Program-made: the position numbers and the translations under genes | Shown: positions 38,910-48,769 of the stretch, in pieces | Layout of the letters: every line of letters starts with the position of its first letter | Numbering within the stretch: the stretch's first letter is position 1 | Notes under the pieces: model-generated | Databases searched by the model: none | What the model saw: only the letters and a program-made list of their open reading frames with translations | What the model was told of the DNA's origin: nothing | Assembly (NCBI GenBank): GCA_963667845.2 | Contig: CAXXVL010000002.1 | Coordinates: 224,001-288,000, forward strand | Origin: Smithellaceae bacterium | GTDB taxonomy: Bacteria > Desulfobacterota > Syntrophia > Syntrophales > Smithellaceae | Length of the DNA: 64,000 bases | Reading direction: 5' to 3'

Positions 38910-39644
38910 ATGCGAAATCACAAATGGAGTTTTACACTCTCCGCGGTCGGTTTCATTACCGCAGCCTTGTCGATCCTGATTTCGGCGACTGCCGGGCTGG
39001 GCATCCGGTTCGAGTGGTTTAATTTCCGCATCGGATTGGAGATTCTGAGTCTCTCCGTCATCGTCGCCCTCGCGGCCGCCGCCGTTTCCGTCATTGCCTT
39101 AATTGTCTTTCTCTTTACACCCCGAAAGGGATGGGTCTGGCTCTGCCTGGTGAGCCTGATCCTCAGCGTTCCGGTTGCCGGCTACCCGCTTTACATGCGT
39201 TACGCCGTCAACGTCCCGCCCATTCATGACATCACAACGGATACGGTCAATCCGCCCGCCTTCGTTTCAGTTCTTCCCTTGAGAAAAGATGCAGTCAATT
39301 CAGTCCGGTATGGCGGCCCGGAAACGGCTGCCCTGCAGATGAAGGCTTACCCCGATATTAAAACGCTCCCGCTGCACATGCCCGCAGACAAGGCTTTCTC
39401 CAAGGCAGTCGAGGCCGCCCGCTCTCTCGGTTGGAAGATCGTGGAAGCCTCGCCGCAGGACGGCCGGATTGAAGCAACGGCAGCAACGTTCTGGATGGGA
39501 TTCAAGGATGACATCGTCATCCGGATCACGGCGCGTGGCGGCCTCTGCGACATCGACATTCGTTCCGTTTCCCGCGTAGGCAAAAGCGACCTCGGCGCCA
39601 ACGCCAAACGAATCAGACGATTTCTGGCCGAAATGCGGAAATGA
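38910..39644 (+). CDS. DUF1499 membrane protein
   Basis: 'PPIHDITTD..NPP', 'GFKDDIVIRI', 'DIRSVSRVG.SDLG.NA.RI'. Confidence 0.9.
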   Translation: MRNHKWSFTLSAVGFITAALSILISATAGLGIRFEWFNFRIGLEILSLSVIVALAAAAVSVIALIVFLFTPRKGWVWLCLVSLILSVPVAGYPLYMRYAVNVPPIHDITTDTVNPPAFVSVLPLRKDAVNSVRYGGPETAALQMKAYPDIKTLPLHMPADKAFSKAVEAARSLGWKIVEASPQDGRIEATAATFWMGFKDDIVIRITARGGLCDIDIRSVSRVGKSDLGANAKRIRRFLAEMRK

Positions 39645-39854
39645 CTTAAGGAGCGGAATCGACTCCGAGCGTTTCATGCCGATCCGGCAGCTTACCCCAT
39701 ATTTTGCCTGTCAGTATCCTGTCGGAAAACTACCATTGTGTTTCTTATTTAGCCTCCCTAGGTTAATTTTTATATATAGAAGCCATGTTCGCCGTTTACT
39801 GCAGGCGTGAGAGCAGAAGAGAAACTATCGGCAATATTTAAAGGAGGGTACGCA

Positions 39855-40334
39855 ATGGATAGACGAACTTTTTTAAAAGGTGCAGCCGTCGGGTCCGTTT
39901 CACTGGGCCTCGCCGGCATCGTCAGCGCCGCTGATCTGTATTTTCCCGACAAGGTGGATATGACCTTGTTCGAGGGGATCAACCGGGTCAAAAATCCCGC
40001 CAAGAAGACGCATCTGGAAGAAACCCATGCGCCGTTCTTTGTTGCGCCCGCTTCCGTGAAAGCGGGTGTACCTTTTCCGGTCGAAATCAGCGTCGGAGAG
40101 AGCCTGCATGTGATGATGCCGGCACATTGGATCGGTTACATTGCGCTCAGGCTCGGCAATGAACCGGCCGGCAGGGTTGAACTGGAACCCCGGGGCTACC
40201 TGACACCCAAGGCTGTATTCAACGTTGTTGTGCCGAAGGACGCGGCCCCCGGCGGTAAGATTACCCTGGTTGCCACCCAGCACTGCAACCTCCACGGCAC
40301 ATGGGAATCGACATGTGACGTTACCGTGACCTGA
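39855..40334 (+). CDS. Tat-exported superoxide reductase-like (neelaredoxin-type) protein
   Basis: MDRRTFLK signal; 'ETHAP', 'H.M.P.HWI', 'CNLHG' iron ligands. Confidence 0.85.
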   Translation: MDRRTFLKGAAVGSVSLGLAGIVSAADLYFPDKVDMTLFEGINRVKNPAKKTHLEETHAPFFVAPASVKAGVPFPVEISVGESLHVMMPAHWIGYIALRLGNEPAGRVELEPRGYLTPKAVFNVVVPKDAAPGGKITLVATQHCNLHGTWESTCDVTVT

Positions 40335-40393
40335 CAGCCGTCCGGCACCTGGTGATTTGATTCAAGAGACTCTTGCCCGAAGGGGATGTCGCA

Positions 40394-40936
40394 ATGACAG
40401 TCTATACGATCGGCCATTCCACGCGGCCCATCGAATCGTTTATACAAATTCTTCGGACCCACGCCATAGAAAATGTGGTTGATATCCGAACGATTGCGAA
40501 GTCGAGACATAACCCTCAATATAATGAAGATGAGCTGCACCGAAGTTTAAAGAGCGAAGGTATTGGATACATTCACTTCCCGGGACTCGGCGGGCTGCGC
40601 CACACGACAAAAGCGTCGATCAATACCGGCTGGCGCAACGCATCCTTCCGCGGTTATGCCGATTATATGCAGACGCCGCAGTTTCAGGAGAATCTGGAAC
40701 GGCTCATCGACATTGTCCGCGAAAAGACAACGGTGATCCTGTGCGCTGAAGCCGTCCCCTGGCGCTGCCACCGTTCGCTCGTTGCCGACGCGCTCACTAT
40801 TCGGGGCATCTCGGTTCTGGACATCCTCGGCGAAACCGGCGTGCGACCGCATACCCTGACCCTGTTTGCAAAAATTGACGGTACAAGAATCACCTACCCC
40901 GCCATTGACCTTGTCCCCGCAGGGCCGGCCGGGTGA
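40394..40936 (+). CDS. DUF488 protein
   Basis: 'YTIGHS', 'VDIR', 'LGGLR', 'CAE..PWRCHR.LVAD'. Confidence 0.92.
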   Translation: MTVYTIGHSTRPIESFIQILRTHAIENVVDIRTIAKSRHNPQYNEDELHRSLKSEGIGYIHFPGLGGLRHTTKASINTGWRNASFRGYADYMQTPQFQENLERLIDIVREKTTVILCAEAVPWRCHRSLVADALTIRGISVLDILGETGVRPHTLTLFAKIDGTRITYPAIDLVPAGPAG

Positions 40937-41036
40937 ATTGATTAAAAGCGGTGGGCAGCGTTCGTCATCAGGCGGCGATGCCGCAAGGCGGTCTTGCTGT
41001 TAACGAAAACGGGACACAGAAAAGGAGGCATTTATC

Positions 41037-41582
41037 ATGAAAGCGAGAATCATTTTCTTATTACTTTTTCCCGCGCTGGCTTTTATCGTCCAGGAAAGCG
41101 GCCCGGCTTTGGCGCAGGATAAATATTCTTTGAGCGAACCTAACGGAATATCATTTTCCGAAATCAAAGGATACGAAACCTGGCAGGTCATCGCGCCGAG
41201 CTACAGGACGGATAATCATGAAGTCCGGATCATTCTCGGAAACCCGGCCATGATTGCCGCCTATCAGAGCGGCATTCCGCAAAACGGCAAACCCTTTCCC
41301 GACGGAGCCACGATTGTCAAGATCGGCTGGTCGGAGCGAAAAAATCCCAGTTTCCCGGTGGCACTGGAATCGGACATCCTGCAGCGGGTCGAGTTTATCA
41401 TCAAGGACTCGAAGCGATTCCCGGACACCAGCGGCTGGGGATATGCCCGTTTCGTCTATGACGCAAAAATGGGGACGTATACGCCTTATGGGAAAGAAGC
41501 CTCTTTTGCCCGTGAATGCTACCAGTGCCATACGCTCGTGAAGCAGAAGGACTTTATATTTACGAGTTACCCCGTCCGCTGA
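41037..41582 (+). CDS. Cytochrome P460-family protein
   Basis: Signal peptide; 'FPDG.TIVK', 'KDS.RF..T.GWGY', C-terminal CYQCH followed by 'DFIFT'. Confidence 0.88.
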   Translation: MKARIIFLLLFPALAFIVQESGPALAQDKYSLSEPNGISFSEIKGYETWQVIAPSYRTDNHEVRIILGNPAMIAAYQSGIPQNGKPFPDGATIVKIGWSERKNPSFPVALESDILQRVEFIIKDSKRFPDTSGWGYARFVYDAKMGTYTPYGKEASFARECYQCHTLVKQKDFIFTSYPVR

Positions 41583-41687
41583 CCGCAGGCCGGGCGCTGG
41601 ACGTTATTTTTGTCAGGTTGAGTATCGCCGTCGGGGCTTGCGAGCCTCGTCGCTTTGAAAACCCGGGAGGAAACCGCCTTTGGGGAG

Positions 41688-42371
41688 ATGCTGATGGGCT
41701 ACACGGGATCACCTTACCACGATCGAACAGAGGCCGGCCGACTCCTGGCCGAGCATTTGAAATCTGATCGTTTGGGCGATGTTTTAGTGCTGGCGATTCT
41801 GCGCGGCGGCGTCCCCGTGGCCTGTGAAGTCGCGCTGGCGCTCGGCTGCGACCTGGACATCATTGTGCCCAGAAAGATCCCGATTCCTCACAACACGGAG
41901 GCCGGATACGGCGCGGTAACGGAGGACGGCGTTATTGTCCTCAACGATCCGCTGGTCCGCGAGTTGCAATTGACCCGTGAACAGATCAATCGCCAGGCCG
42001 CGGCCGTGAAGAGCGAAATCGCCAGAAGGCAGGAGGTGTTCCGGAAAGTATTGGCACCCGTGCCGGTGAGCGGAAAGCCGGTCATCATCATCGATGACGG
42101 ACTGGCTTCGGGCTACACCATGGTGGCCGCCGTCCAGTCGGTTCGCAAGCGCGGTGCTAAGCTTGTTGTCGCCGCCGCCCCGGTGGCTTCGGAGAGCGGA
42201 TGGGAGCGGGTTCGCGATGCCGCCGACAAAATCATCTGTCCGATGATTTCGGAGGGCTACCCTTTTTCCGTAGCCAGTTTTTATGACGAATGGTATGATC
42301 TGACCGACGATGAGGTGATTCAGTATCTGGAAGCATTTAAAGTAAAGCGCGGGAGGCCGAGCCATGATTAA
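41688..42371 (+). CDS. Phosphoribosyltransferase (type I)
   Basis: 'DR.EAG..LA', 'RGGVPVA', PRPP loop 'IIIDDGLASGYT'. Confidence 0.9.
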   Translation: MLMGYTGSPYHDRTEAGRLLAEHLKSDRLGDVLVLAILRGGVPVACEVALALGCDLDIIVPRKIPIPHNTEAGYGAVTEDGVIVLNDPLVRELQLTREQINRQAAAVKSEIARRQEVFRKVLAPVPVSGKPVIIIDDGLASGYTMVAAVQSVRKRGAKLVVAAAPVASESGWERVRDAADKIICPMISEGYPFSVASFYDEWYDLTDDEVIQYLEAFKVKRGRPSHD

Positions 42372-43374
42372 AGAAGCGCGTCTTTGGGAAAAACTGGATC
42401 AGGAGCGCGTGCACTGTTACCTGTGCGCCCATGAATGCAAAATCGCGGAATCGAAGTTCGGGGTGTGCGGTGTAAGGCAAAACAGGCAGGGAGCGCTCTT
42501 CACCACGATCTATGCCGACGTGATCGCCGCCAATATCGACCCCATCGAAAAGAAACCCCTCTACCATTTTCTGCCCGGATCGCGATCCTACTCCATCGCC
42601 ACGGTCGGCTGCAATTTCAAGTGCGGCTTTTGTCAAAACTGGCAAATTTCGCAAACATCGACCAGGGACGGCTACACCCACTCCCGGCACGAGGCACAGC
42701 CGGCAAAAGTGGTGGAAGAAGCGCGGAAACACGCCTGCCGGAGCATCTCCTATACCTACACGGAACCGACCATTTTCTTCGAGTATGCCTTTGACACCGC
42801 AAAACTGGCCCATGAAGCGGGGCTCTATAACGTCTTTGTCACCAACGGTTACATGACGAGGCCTGCCCTGGACATGATCCGGCCGTATCTGGATGCCGCC
42901 AATGTGGATTTAAAAAGTTTCAGCGACGATTCTTACCGGAAGAATTGCAAGGCCCGCCTGCAGCCCGTACTGGATACGATTGCGGCCATGAAAGCCCTCG
43001 GGGTCTGGGTGGAAGTGACAACGTTGGTGATCCCCGACGAAAATGATTCCGATGATGAGCTCAGGAAGATTGCGGAATTTCTGGCCGGTGTCGACCGGAT
43101 GATTCCCTGGCACATCAGCCGTTTTCATCCCGACTATGAATTCGCCCAGCACAAGGCCACGCCTCTCGAAACCCTGCACAAGGCGAAGGAAATAGGCCAG
43201 CAGGCCGGCTTGAACTTCATCTATCTGGGAAATGTCATGGAGGGCTCGAATACCGTTTGTTACCAGTGCCACAATCAAATTATCGAAAGACGCTACATGG
43301 GTCTCGACAGCACCCAGCTTACGGAGGGACATTGCCCGCACTGCGGAGCGGTCATCGCCGGCGTCTGGTCATGA
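42364..43374 (+). CDS. amrS: AmmeMemoRadiSam system radical SAM enzyme
   Basis: 'DPIEKKPLYHF.PG', CNFKCGFCQNW, 'YTYTEP', 'SRFHP.Y'. Confidence 0.92.
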   Translation: MIKEARLWEKLDQERVHCYLCAHECKIAESKFGVCGVRQNRQGALFTTIYADVIAANIDPIEKKPLYHFLPGSRSYSIATVGCNFKCGFCQNWQISQTSTRDGYTHSRHEAQPAKVVEEARKHACRSISYTYTEPTIFFEYAFDTAKLAHEAGLYNVFVTNGYMTRPALDMIRPYLDAANVDLKSFSDDSYRKNCKARLQPVLDTIAAMKALGVWVEVTTLVIPDENDSDDELRKIAEFLAGVDRMIPWHISRFHPDYEFAQHKATPLETLHKAKEIGQQAGLNFIYLGNVMEGSNTVCYQCHNQIIERRYMGLDSTQLTEGHCPHCGAVIAGVWS

Positions 43375-43495
43375 CATCATTTGGCGGCTGCTTGCGATAT
43401 CACCTTAAGGAAGGCGATCACTGAACAGTTATTGCCAGATCAAGGCCATTCGGCCCAAACAAATTAAGGGTATCATCAGAGAAAGGAGTTGCATC

Positions 43496-44443
43496 ATGAA
43501 AAAGTATTTCTGTATGTTGTTTGCTTTGCTTGTGGGTATTGTATTTTTCTCCCAGACGGTTTTCGCCGCCGAACCTGACGGAACAGAATTGAAGAGATTC
43601 AAGCCGTCTATCAGCATGGGCTATGCTTATTTCGGACAGACCGATCTGGTTTTGGAAACCAAGAACGTCCCGCTTCTCGGTGCATACAAATTGGATGTGG
43701 ATATTCCCGGCAAATCAGGCGCCTTCATCGCGGGCGATTTTTCCTTCTCCTTCACGGATCGCCTGAATTTAACGGTGGGCGGACGCATCGCCAACGCCTG
43801 GTCCAAACCCGACGTTCGTGAAGAATACAACTGGAATCCGGGCATCGGCAGAACCTGGGATTCCGACCGTCAATACTGGGCCTCGGCCGACGTCCTTCTG
43901 GCCTATGCTTTTGTCAAGAATGTCTCCTTTGTGAAAAACATTTCCGGTATAGTCGGCCTGCACGCAGACTATCTGCACGTCCGCATGAATAATCCGCGGC
44001 TGGCCAGCGGCGTGGCAACCGGTCCTTCCGACGAAATCAAATTCGATATGACCACCGTGTCGCCGGTTATCGGCGTTTCATCGACGTTGCAGGGCTTCCG
44101 GTCTGGCATTTTCGGCGGCGATATCAAAGTCGGATTATCGGCAAGTCCCGTCACGTCGGGCCGGATCAAGTATAAGGAAACGTTCAATTCTCTCACGCAA
44201 ATAGAAGCTGACGATAATTTCTACCGCGCTGCCGCCATCTCCGTACAGGCGGAGGTCACAGCCATCACCGCAAAAATCGGCCCCAAGGCTGATTTGCTGG
44301 TCTCGCTTTACGGCCAGTACACCCGGTCGTTCATCGACTCGGAAATTGAAGTGGAAGCGACGGGATCACCTAAAACCGATTTCCAATTCAGTATGCAGCC
44401 CAGCATGGCCATTGTGGGCGTGAAAGCGGCCATCGAGTTTTAA
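43496..44443 (+). CDS. Probable outer-membrane beta-barrel protein
   Basis: Signal peptide, alternating beta-strand pattern, terminal Phe. Confidence 0.75.
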   Translation: MKKYFCMLFALLVGIVFFSQTVFAAEPDGTELKRFKPSISMGYAYFGQTDLVLETKNVPLLGAYKLDVDIPGKSGAFIAGDFSFSFTDRLNLTVGGRIANAWSKPDVREEYNWNPGIGRTWDSDRQYWASADVLLAYAFVKNVSFVKNISGIVGLHADYLHVRMNNPRLASGVATGPSDEIKFDMTTVSPVIGVSSTLQGFRSGIFGGDIKVGLSASPVTSGRIKYKETFNSLTQIEADDNFYRAAAISVQAEVTAITAKIGPKADLLVSLYGQYTRSFIDSEIEVEATGSPKTDFQFSMQPSMAIVGVKAAIEF

Positions 44444-44458
44444 CCTATCTGTCTGACT

Positions 44459-44489
44459 AAGAGCCGGCCCGGCCGGTTGGCCGGCTCTT
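44459..44489 (+). terminator. Hairpin terminator
   Basis: AAGAGCCGGCC-N9-GGCCGGCTCTT. Confidence 0.65.
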
Positions 44490-44797
44490 ATCATCTCTAT
44501 CTATAGCCGATCATCTTTGCCTTAAGAAAACGCACGCCGGCATTGACCGTGCAGTCCTCAGTTTACCGGCTTCGCGCCTCAGGGCTCTTCTCTGCTTTGC
44601 ACATTGGATACAAACCGGCATGGCTAATTATGCCTACCATCAGGCTACCATTTAACTGCCATTGTTATTCATTCCGGTCCGCCATATCTTTTCGGCATGA
44701 GAAAAAGCCTTTATAATCGGCATTTACTTCAACAATAAACCCGGGACCGCACCTTAGACGAGCGTCGGACCGGAAAAACACTCGAAAGGAGGAATAT

Positions 44798-45265
44798 ATG
44801 AAAGGCAATCAAGATGTAATTTCCAGATTGAATGCGCGACTCGCCGATGAACTTACGGCAACCAACCAGTACATGGTTCATGCCGAAATCTGCGAAAACT
44901 GGGGGTACGCAAAGCTCAATGAAATGATTCAAAAGCGCGCCATCACCGAAATGAAGCACGCGGAAAAATTAATCGCCCGCATCCTTTTCCTGGAAGGCAT
45001 GCCTATTGTCAGCAAGCTGAACAAGATCAACATCGGGGCTGATGTCGAAAAGCAGTTCAAGAACGACTGGGCCGCCGAGTATGATGCCATTAAATTTTAC
45101 AATGACGACATTAAGTTCTGCGGAGAAGTTGGCGACGTCGGCACACGGACGCTCCTGGAATCCATTCTGAAGGATGAAGAAGATCATATCGATGTCATCG
45201 AAGGTCAGATGGATCAAATCAAACAAATGGGTGTGCAAAATTATCTGGGCGTCTATGTGCATTAA
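44798..45265 (+). CDS. bfr: Bacterioferritin
   Basis: 'MKG...VI..LN..L.DELTA.NQY..H', 'EMKHA', 'DEEDHID'. Confidence 0.95.
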   Translation: MKGNQDVISRLNARLADELTATNQYMVHAEICENWGYAKLNEMIQKRAITEMKHAEKLIARILFLEGMPIVSKLNKINIGADVEKQFKNDWAAEYDAIKFYNDDIKFCGEVGDVGTRTLLESILKDEEDHIDVIEGQMDQIKQMGVQNYLGVYVH

Positions 45266-45361
45266 GTTGGGCCGATACAGGCGCATCTTTGCCGGCGGGT
45301 CGAGCCTGACCGCCGCGCCTGCGTCCGGAACCATACGATCAAAAGATGTCGAGGTCTCTGT

Positions 45362-46162
45362 GTGAACATCATTGTCTGCATCAAGCAGGTGCCGGGAACC
45401 GCGGATGTCCGAATCAATCCCGCGGACAATACGCTTGTCCGCGAAGACGTTCCCAACATGATCAATCCGTTTGATCTATACGCCATTGAAGAAGGGCTGC
45501 GCCTCCGCGACCGTTTCGACGGCAGAGTGACCGTGATGACCATGGGACCGCCGCAGGCTGCCTCGGCCCTGAAAGAAGCGGTGGGACTGGGCGTAGACGA
45601 CATTGTCCTTTTATCCGACCGCGCGTTTGCGGGATCCGACACCTGGGCCACAGCGTATACCTTGAGTCTCGCCGTCAAGGCGCTCGGGCCCTTTGACATT
45701 CTCCTTTGCGGTAAACAGGCGATTGACGGCGATACGGGACAGGTCGGTCCCGGTCTGGCCCGGCAGCTGGGCATCACACAGCTTACCTACGTCTTTAAAA
45801 TCCGGGAAATCGATCCCGTCCAAAAGATCATCGTCGTCGAGCGGCTGCTTGAGGAGGGACGCGAAATCGTGGAGGCACCGCTGCCGGCGCTGCTCACCGT
45901 CGTCAAAGATATTAATCAGCCACGATCGGCCTCGCTCGCCCACATCCGCCGGGCGGCAAAACTGAAAGCGAAAATCCTCACCGTTAAAGACTTGCCCGGC
46001 GTTGACCGGAGCCGGCTGGGGCTTACGGGAAGCCCGACAAAGGTCGTCAAAATATTTACTCCTCCGAAGCGGGAAGGAATCCTGGTCATGATCCAGGCCG
46101 CAACCCCTGAGGAGGCTGCCGAACAGTTAGCGGATAAGATCCTGGCTGAAAAGATTCTTTAG
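45362..46162 (+). CDS. etfB: Electron transfer flavoprotein beta subunit
   Basis: 'VCIKQVP', 'FAGSDT.AT', 'GKQAIDGDTGQVGP', 'GL.GSPT.V'. Confidence 0.95.
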   Translation: MNIIVCIKQVPGTADVRINPADNTLVREDVPNMINPFDLYAIEEGLRLRDRFDGRVTVMTMGPPQAASALKEAVGLGVDDIVLLSDRAFAGSDTWATAYTLSLAVKALGPFDILLCGKQAIDGDTGQVGPGLARQLGITQLTYVFKIREIDPVQKIIVVERLLEEGREIVEAPLPALLTVVKDINQPRSASLAHIRRAAKLKAKILTVKDLPGVDRSRLGLTGSPTKVVKIFTPPKREGILVMIQAATPEEAAEQLADKILAEKIL

Positions 46163-46170
46163 GAGAGCCC

Positions 46171-47367
46171 ATGCCGCTTTTAGATGTCGACAAGAGTGTG
46201 TGTATCGGCTGCGAGCAGTGCGTCGACTCCTGCCCGTTCGGCGCCCTGTCGCTCGAAGGCGACACCATCGTCGTGAACGAAAAATGCACGGGCTGCGGCG
46301 CCTGCATCGAATCGTGCCCCGCGATGGCATTACGCCTGCCCAAAGCGCCCGCCGCCAAAGCGGAGGATCTCAGCCGGTTTCAAGGCGTCTGGGTCTGGGT
46401 CGAACAGTTCAATGGAAGGATGGGAGACATTTCCGTCGAAATGCTGGGCCAGGGACGGAGGTTGGCGGATGCGCGCAAAACAACGCTTTCCGCCTGCGTT
46501 CTGGGATACAACGTAGGAAAGCTTGCCGATGAGGCGGTCGCCCTCGGCGCGGATCGCGTCTTCCTTTGCGATGACCCCCTTCTGGCCGTTTACCGGACGG
46601 CTCCCTATGCCGCCACCCTGATTCAACTGGCGCGCCTGTATAACCCCGAAATATTTCTGCTGGGCGCGAGTTCCCGGGGCCGGGACCTAGCCGGGTCCGT
46701 GGCCACCGACCTTTATACGGGGCTCACGGCGGATTGCACCGGGCTCGACATCGATCCCGAAAAGGGACTGCTCATCCAGACACGCCCGGCCTTCGGCGGC
46801 AACATTATGGCCGAGATCATCTGCCCCAACCACCGGCCGCAAATGTCTACCGTGCGTCACCGGGTCTTTGAAAAACCGGCTGCCGATTCCGCGCGCCACG
46901 GTGATATCATCGAGGTCCCTCTTGTTCTTACAGAGGAACAGATCGTTACGCGCGTCACGGATTTTATCGAGGAGACAGACAAGGTCAACCTGGCGGATGC
47001 CCGGGTCATCGTTTCCGGCGGGCGGGGCGTCAACGGTCCGGAAGGATTTGAACCGCTTAGAAAGCTCGCCTACGTGCTGGGAGGGACGATCGGTTCCTCA
47101 CGCTCCGCCGTGGATGCAGGCTGGATTTCCTACGCCCATCAGGTCGGACAGACCGGCCGTACCGTCCGCCCCGATTTATATATCGCCTGCGGGATTTCCG
47201 GGGCCGTCCAGCATCAGGCGGGTATGAAGACGTCCCGGGTGATTGTCGCCATCAACAAGAATCCCGACGCCCCTATCTTCAGTGTCGCTCATTATGGCAT
47301 CGTGGGTGATCTGTTTCAAATCGTACCGGCGCTCACCGAACAGTTCAAAAAGAAGTTGGGCAGATAG
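46171..47367 (+). CDS. etfA: ETF alpha subunit with N-terminal 2x[4Fe-4S] ferredoxin
   Basis: Two CxxCxxCxxxCP motifs, 'GLTADC', 'RPAFGG', 'QVGQTG', 'GISGAVQH'. Confidence 0.95.
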   Translation: MPLLDVDKSVCIGCEQCVDSCPFGALSLEGDTIVVNEKCTGCGACIESCPAMALRLPKAPAAKAEDLSRFQGVWVWVEQFNGRMGDISVEMLGQGRRLADARKTTLSACVLGYNVGKLADEAVALGADRVFLCDDPLLAVYRTAPYAATLIQLARLYNPEIFLLGASSRGRDLAGSVATDLYTGLTADCTGLDIDPEKGLLIQTRPAFGGNIMAEIICPNHRPQMSTVRHRVFEKPAADSARHGDIIEVPLVLTEEQIVTRVTDFIEETDKVNLADARVIVSGGRGVNGPEGFEPLRKLAYVLGGTIGSSRSAVDAGWISYAHQVGQTGRTVRPDLYIACGISGAVQHQAGMKTSRVIVAINKNPDAPIFSVAHYGIVGDLFQIVPALTEQFKKKLGR

Positions 47368-47442
47368 CAACCCTCGCACCACGTAACATCTGTGGTTTCC
47401 AATCACGTTGGAAAGATTTTACAAGGCAACCTCGCTCCGGCA

Positions 47443-47784
47443 TCAGGCGGCGACGGCGATGATCAGCAGCAAGAAGGAAATAACTGCCACTCCCCCGTGG
47501 ACCAGGATGATCGCGTTTGGCAGAGCCTTCTTTCTCAACTGAAAAGAAAACAGGGTGAAACCGCCGACCGCCACAATTAGAAACAGTATAAGGCAGACGT
47601 TCATAAGTGCGATGCCTGAATTCTGAACAACATTGGCAATCAGCGCAACCAGCCCGGCTGCTGCGAAGAGCCCATGGCCGATGATCACAAACCAGGGCAG
47701 GTCTTTCCCGCTGAATTTCAGCCAAACGAGCGTGACCCCTCCAATGGCTGCAATGGCAAATAATACAATCGGCAAATAAATCAT
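47443..47784 (-). CDS. Four-TM hypothetical membrane protein
   Basis: AAGGAGG RBS; duplicated 'P......HG..A' halves. Confidence 0.8.
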   Translation of the reverse strand: MIYLPIVLFAIAAIGGVTLVWLKFSGKDLPWFVIIGHGLFAAAGLVALIANVVQNSGIALMNVCLILFLIVAVGGFTLFSFQLRKKALPNAIILVHGGVAVISFLLLIIAVAA

Positions 47785-48151
47785 AATGGCCTCCTTGAGG
47801 TGATTTGCGCCTTGGCGCAGTAATGATGACCCTTAAGGTATAATTGGAGACGAATCTCAATAAAACAATGATAGTCATTGGCCAGGATAATGGGGGGAAT
47901 TGTCTACCGTAAGGATATGAAGGCATTTAGCGCCCTCGATCGCTCCGAAAACGCGGCCCGAAGAAGCCGTTCGGGCGACCGCCGGCTGCCGTCAAAATAG
48001 ATCGATGCTGGGATTAATTTCTGCGAAAGGGAAACAGCGGAAAGGATCAGAGCTTGGATCGGGTTTCGAATGCCGGTTTCCGGCCTTTCAGGAGAATAAA
48101 AAGAAGCCCATCCGACGCGTCCTCCCCGAGTGATCGGCAAATACAAAAACA

Positions 48152-48182
48152 AAACAGGCAGAGCGATCAGACTCTGCCTGTT
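48152..48182 (-). terminator. Intrinsic terminator
   Basis: AACAGGCAGAG-N8-CTCTGCCTGTT with an A-run on the left (U-tract on the minus strand). Confidence 0.75.
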
Positions 48183-48236
48183 GGATTCATTTCCCGCAGT
48201 TCGGGTCCGGACATCAACCCCAACAACGGACCTCGT

Positions 48237-48692
48237 CTACCAGGCTTCCGGGAAGGCCACCGTGGTATAGATATCTTCCAGCCTGCTCTTGTGGCCCCGT
48301 TCCATCGCCGCAAGGTCGAGGAACACAGCCTTCTGCGCCTCATCCGCACTGGTCATCGCCAGCTGAGTATACATCTGCATCGCTTCAAGTTCTTTTTTGA
48401 TGGCAATGATCAGACCATCCACCGGCTTTAGCCTGGGCGAAAGCTTGGGCGTAGGCAGCGCATCGACAACCTTATAATCCGCTGCCTCGGAAAAATGCAT
48501 TTTCCCCGGGGCTTTCGCCAGATACTTCTCCAGGGTGCGCTTGTGTTTGTCTTCTTCCTTGGCCAGATCTTTGAACAGCTTTTTCAGACCGGCATCCTTC
48601 GCTTTTTCCGAGACCTTGCTGTAATAGGTATAAGCTTCGATTTCCTGGCCGATGGCTCTCTTAATAATCTTCTTGAATTCTTCCTCGTTCAT
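48237..48692 (-). CDS. Ferritin-like (rubrerythrin diiron domain) protein
   Basis: E..A...Y plus ExxH twice ('EEDKH', 'MERGH'). Confidence 0.9.
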   Translation of the reverse strand: MNEEEFKKIIKRAIGQEIEAYTYYSKVSEKAKDAGLKKLFKDLAKEEDKHKRTLEKYLAKAPGKMHFSEAADYKVVDALPTPKLSPRLKPVDGLIIAIKKELEAMQMYTQLAMTSADEAQKAVFLDLAAMERGHKSRLEDIYTTVAFPEAW

Positions 48693-48769
48693 CGTTCTCC
48701 TTCTTCCCGGCATTACGCCCTGTTTGAACTGCATATTCTCTTCACGCTCCGCATGGCCCCGCGCGGAGT

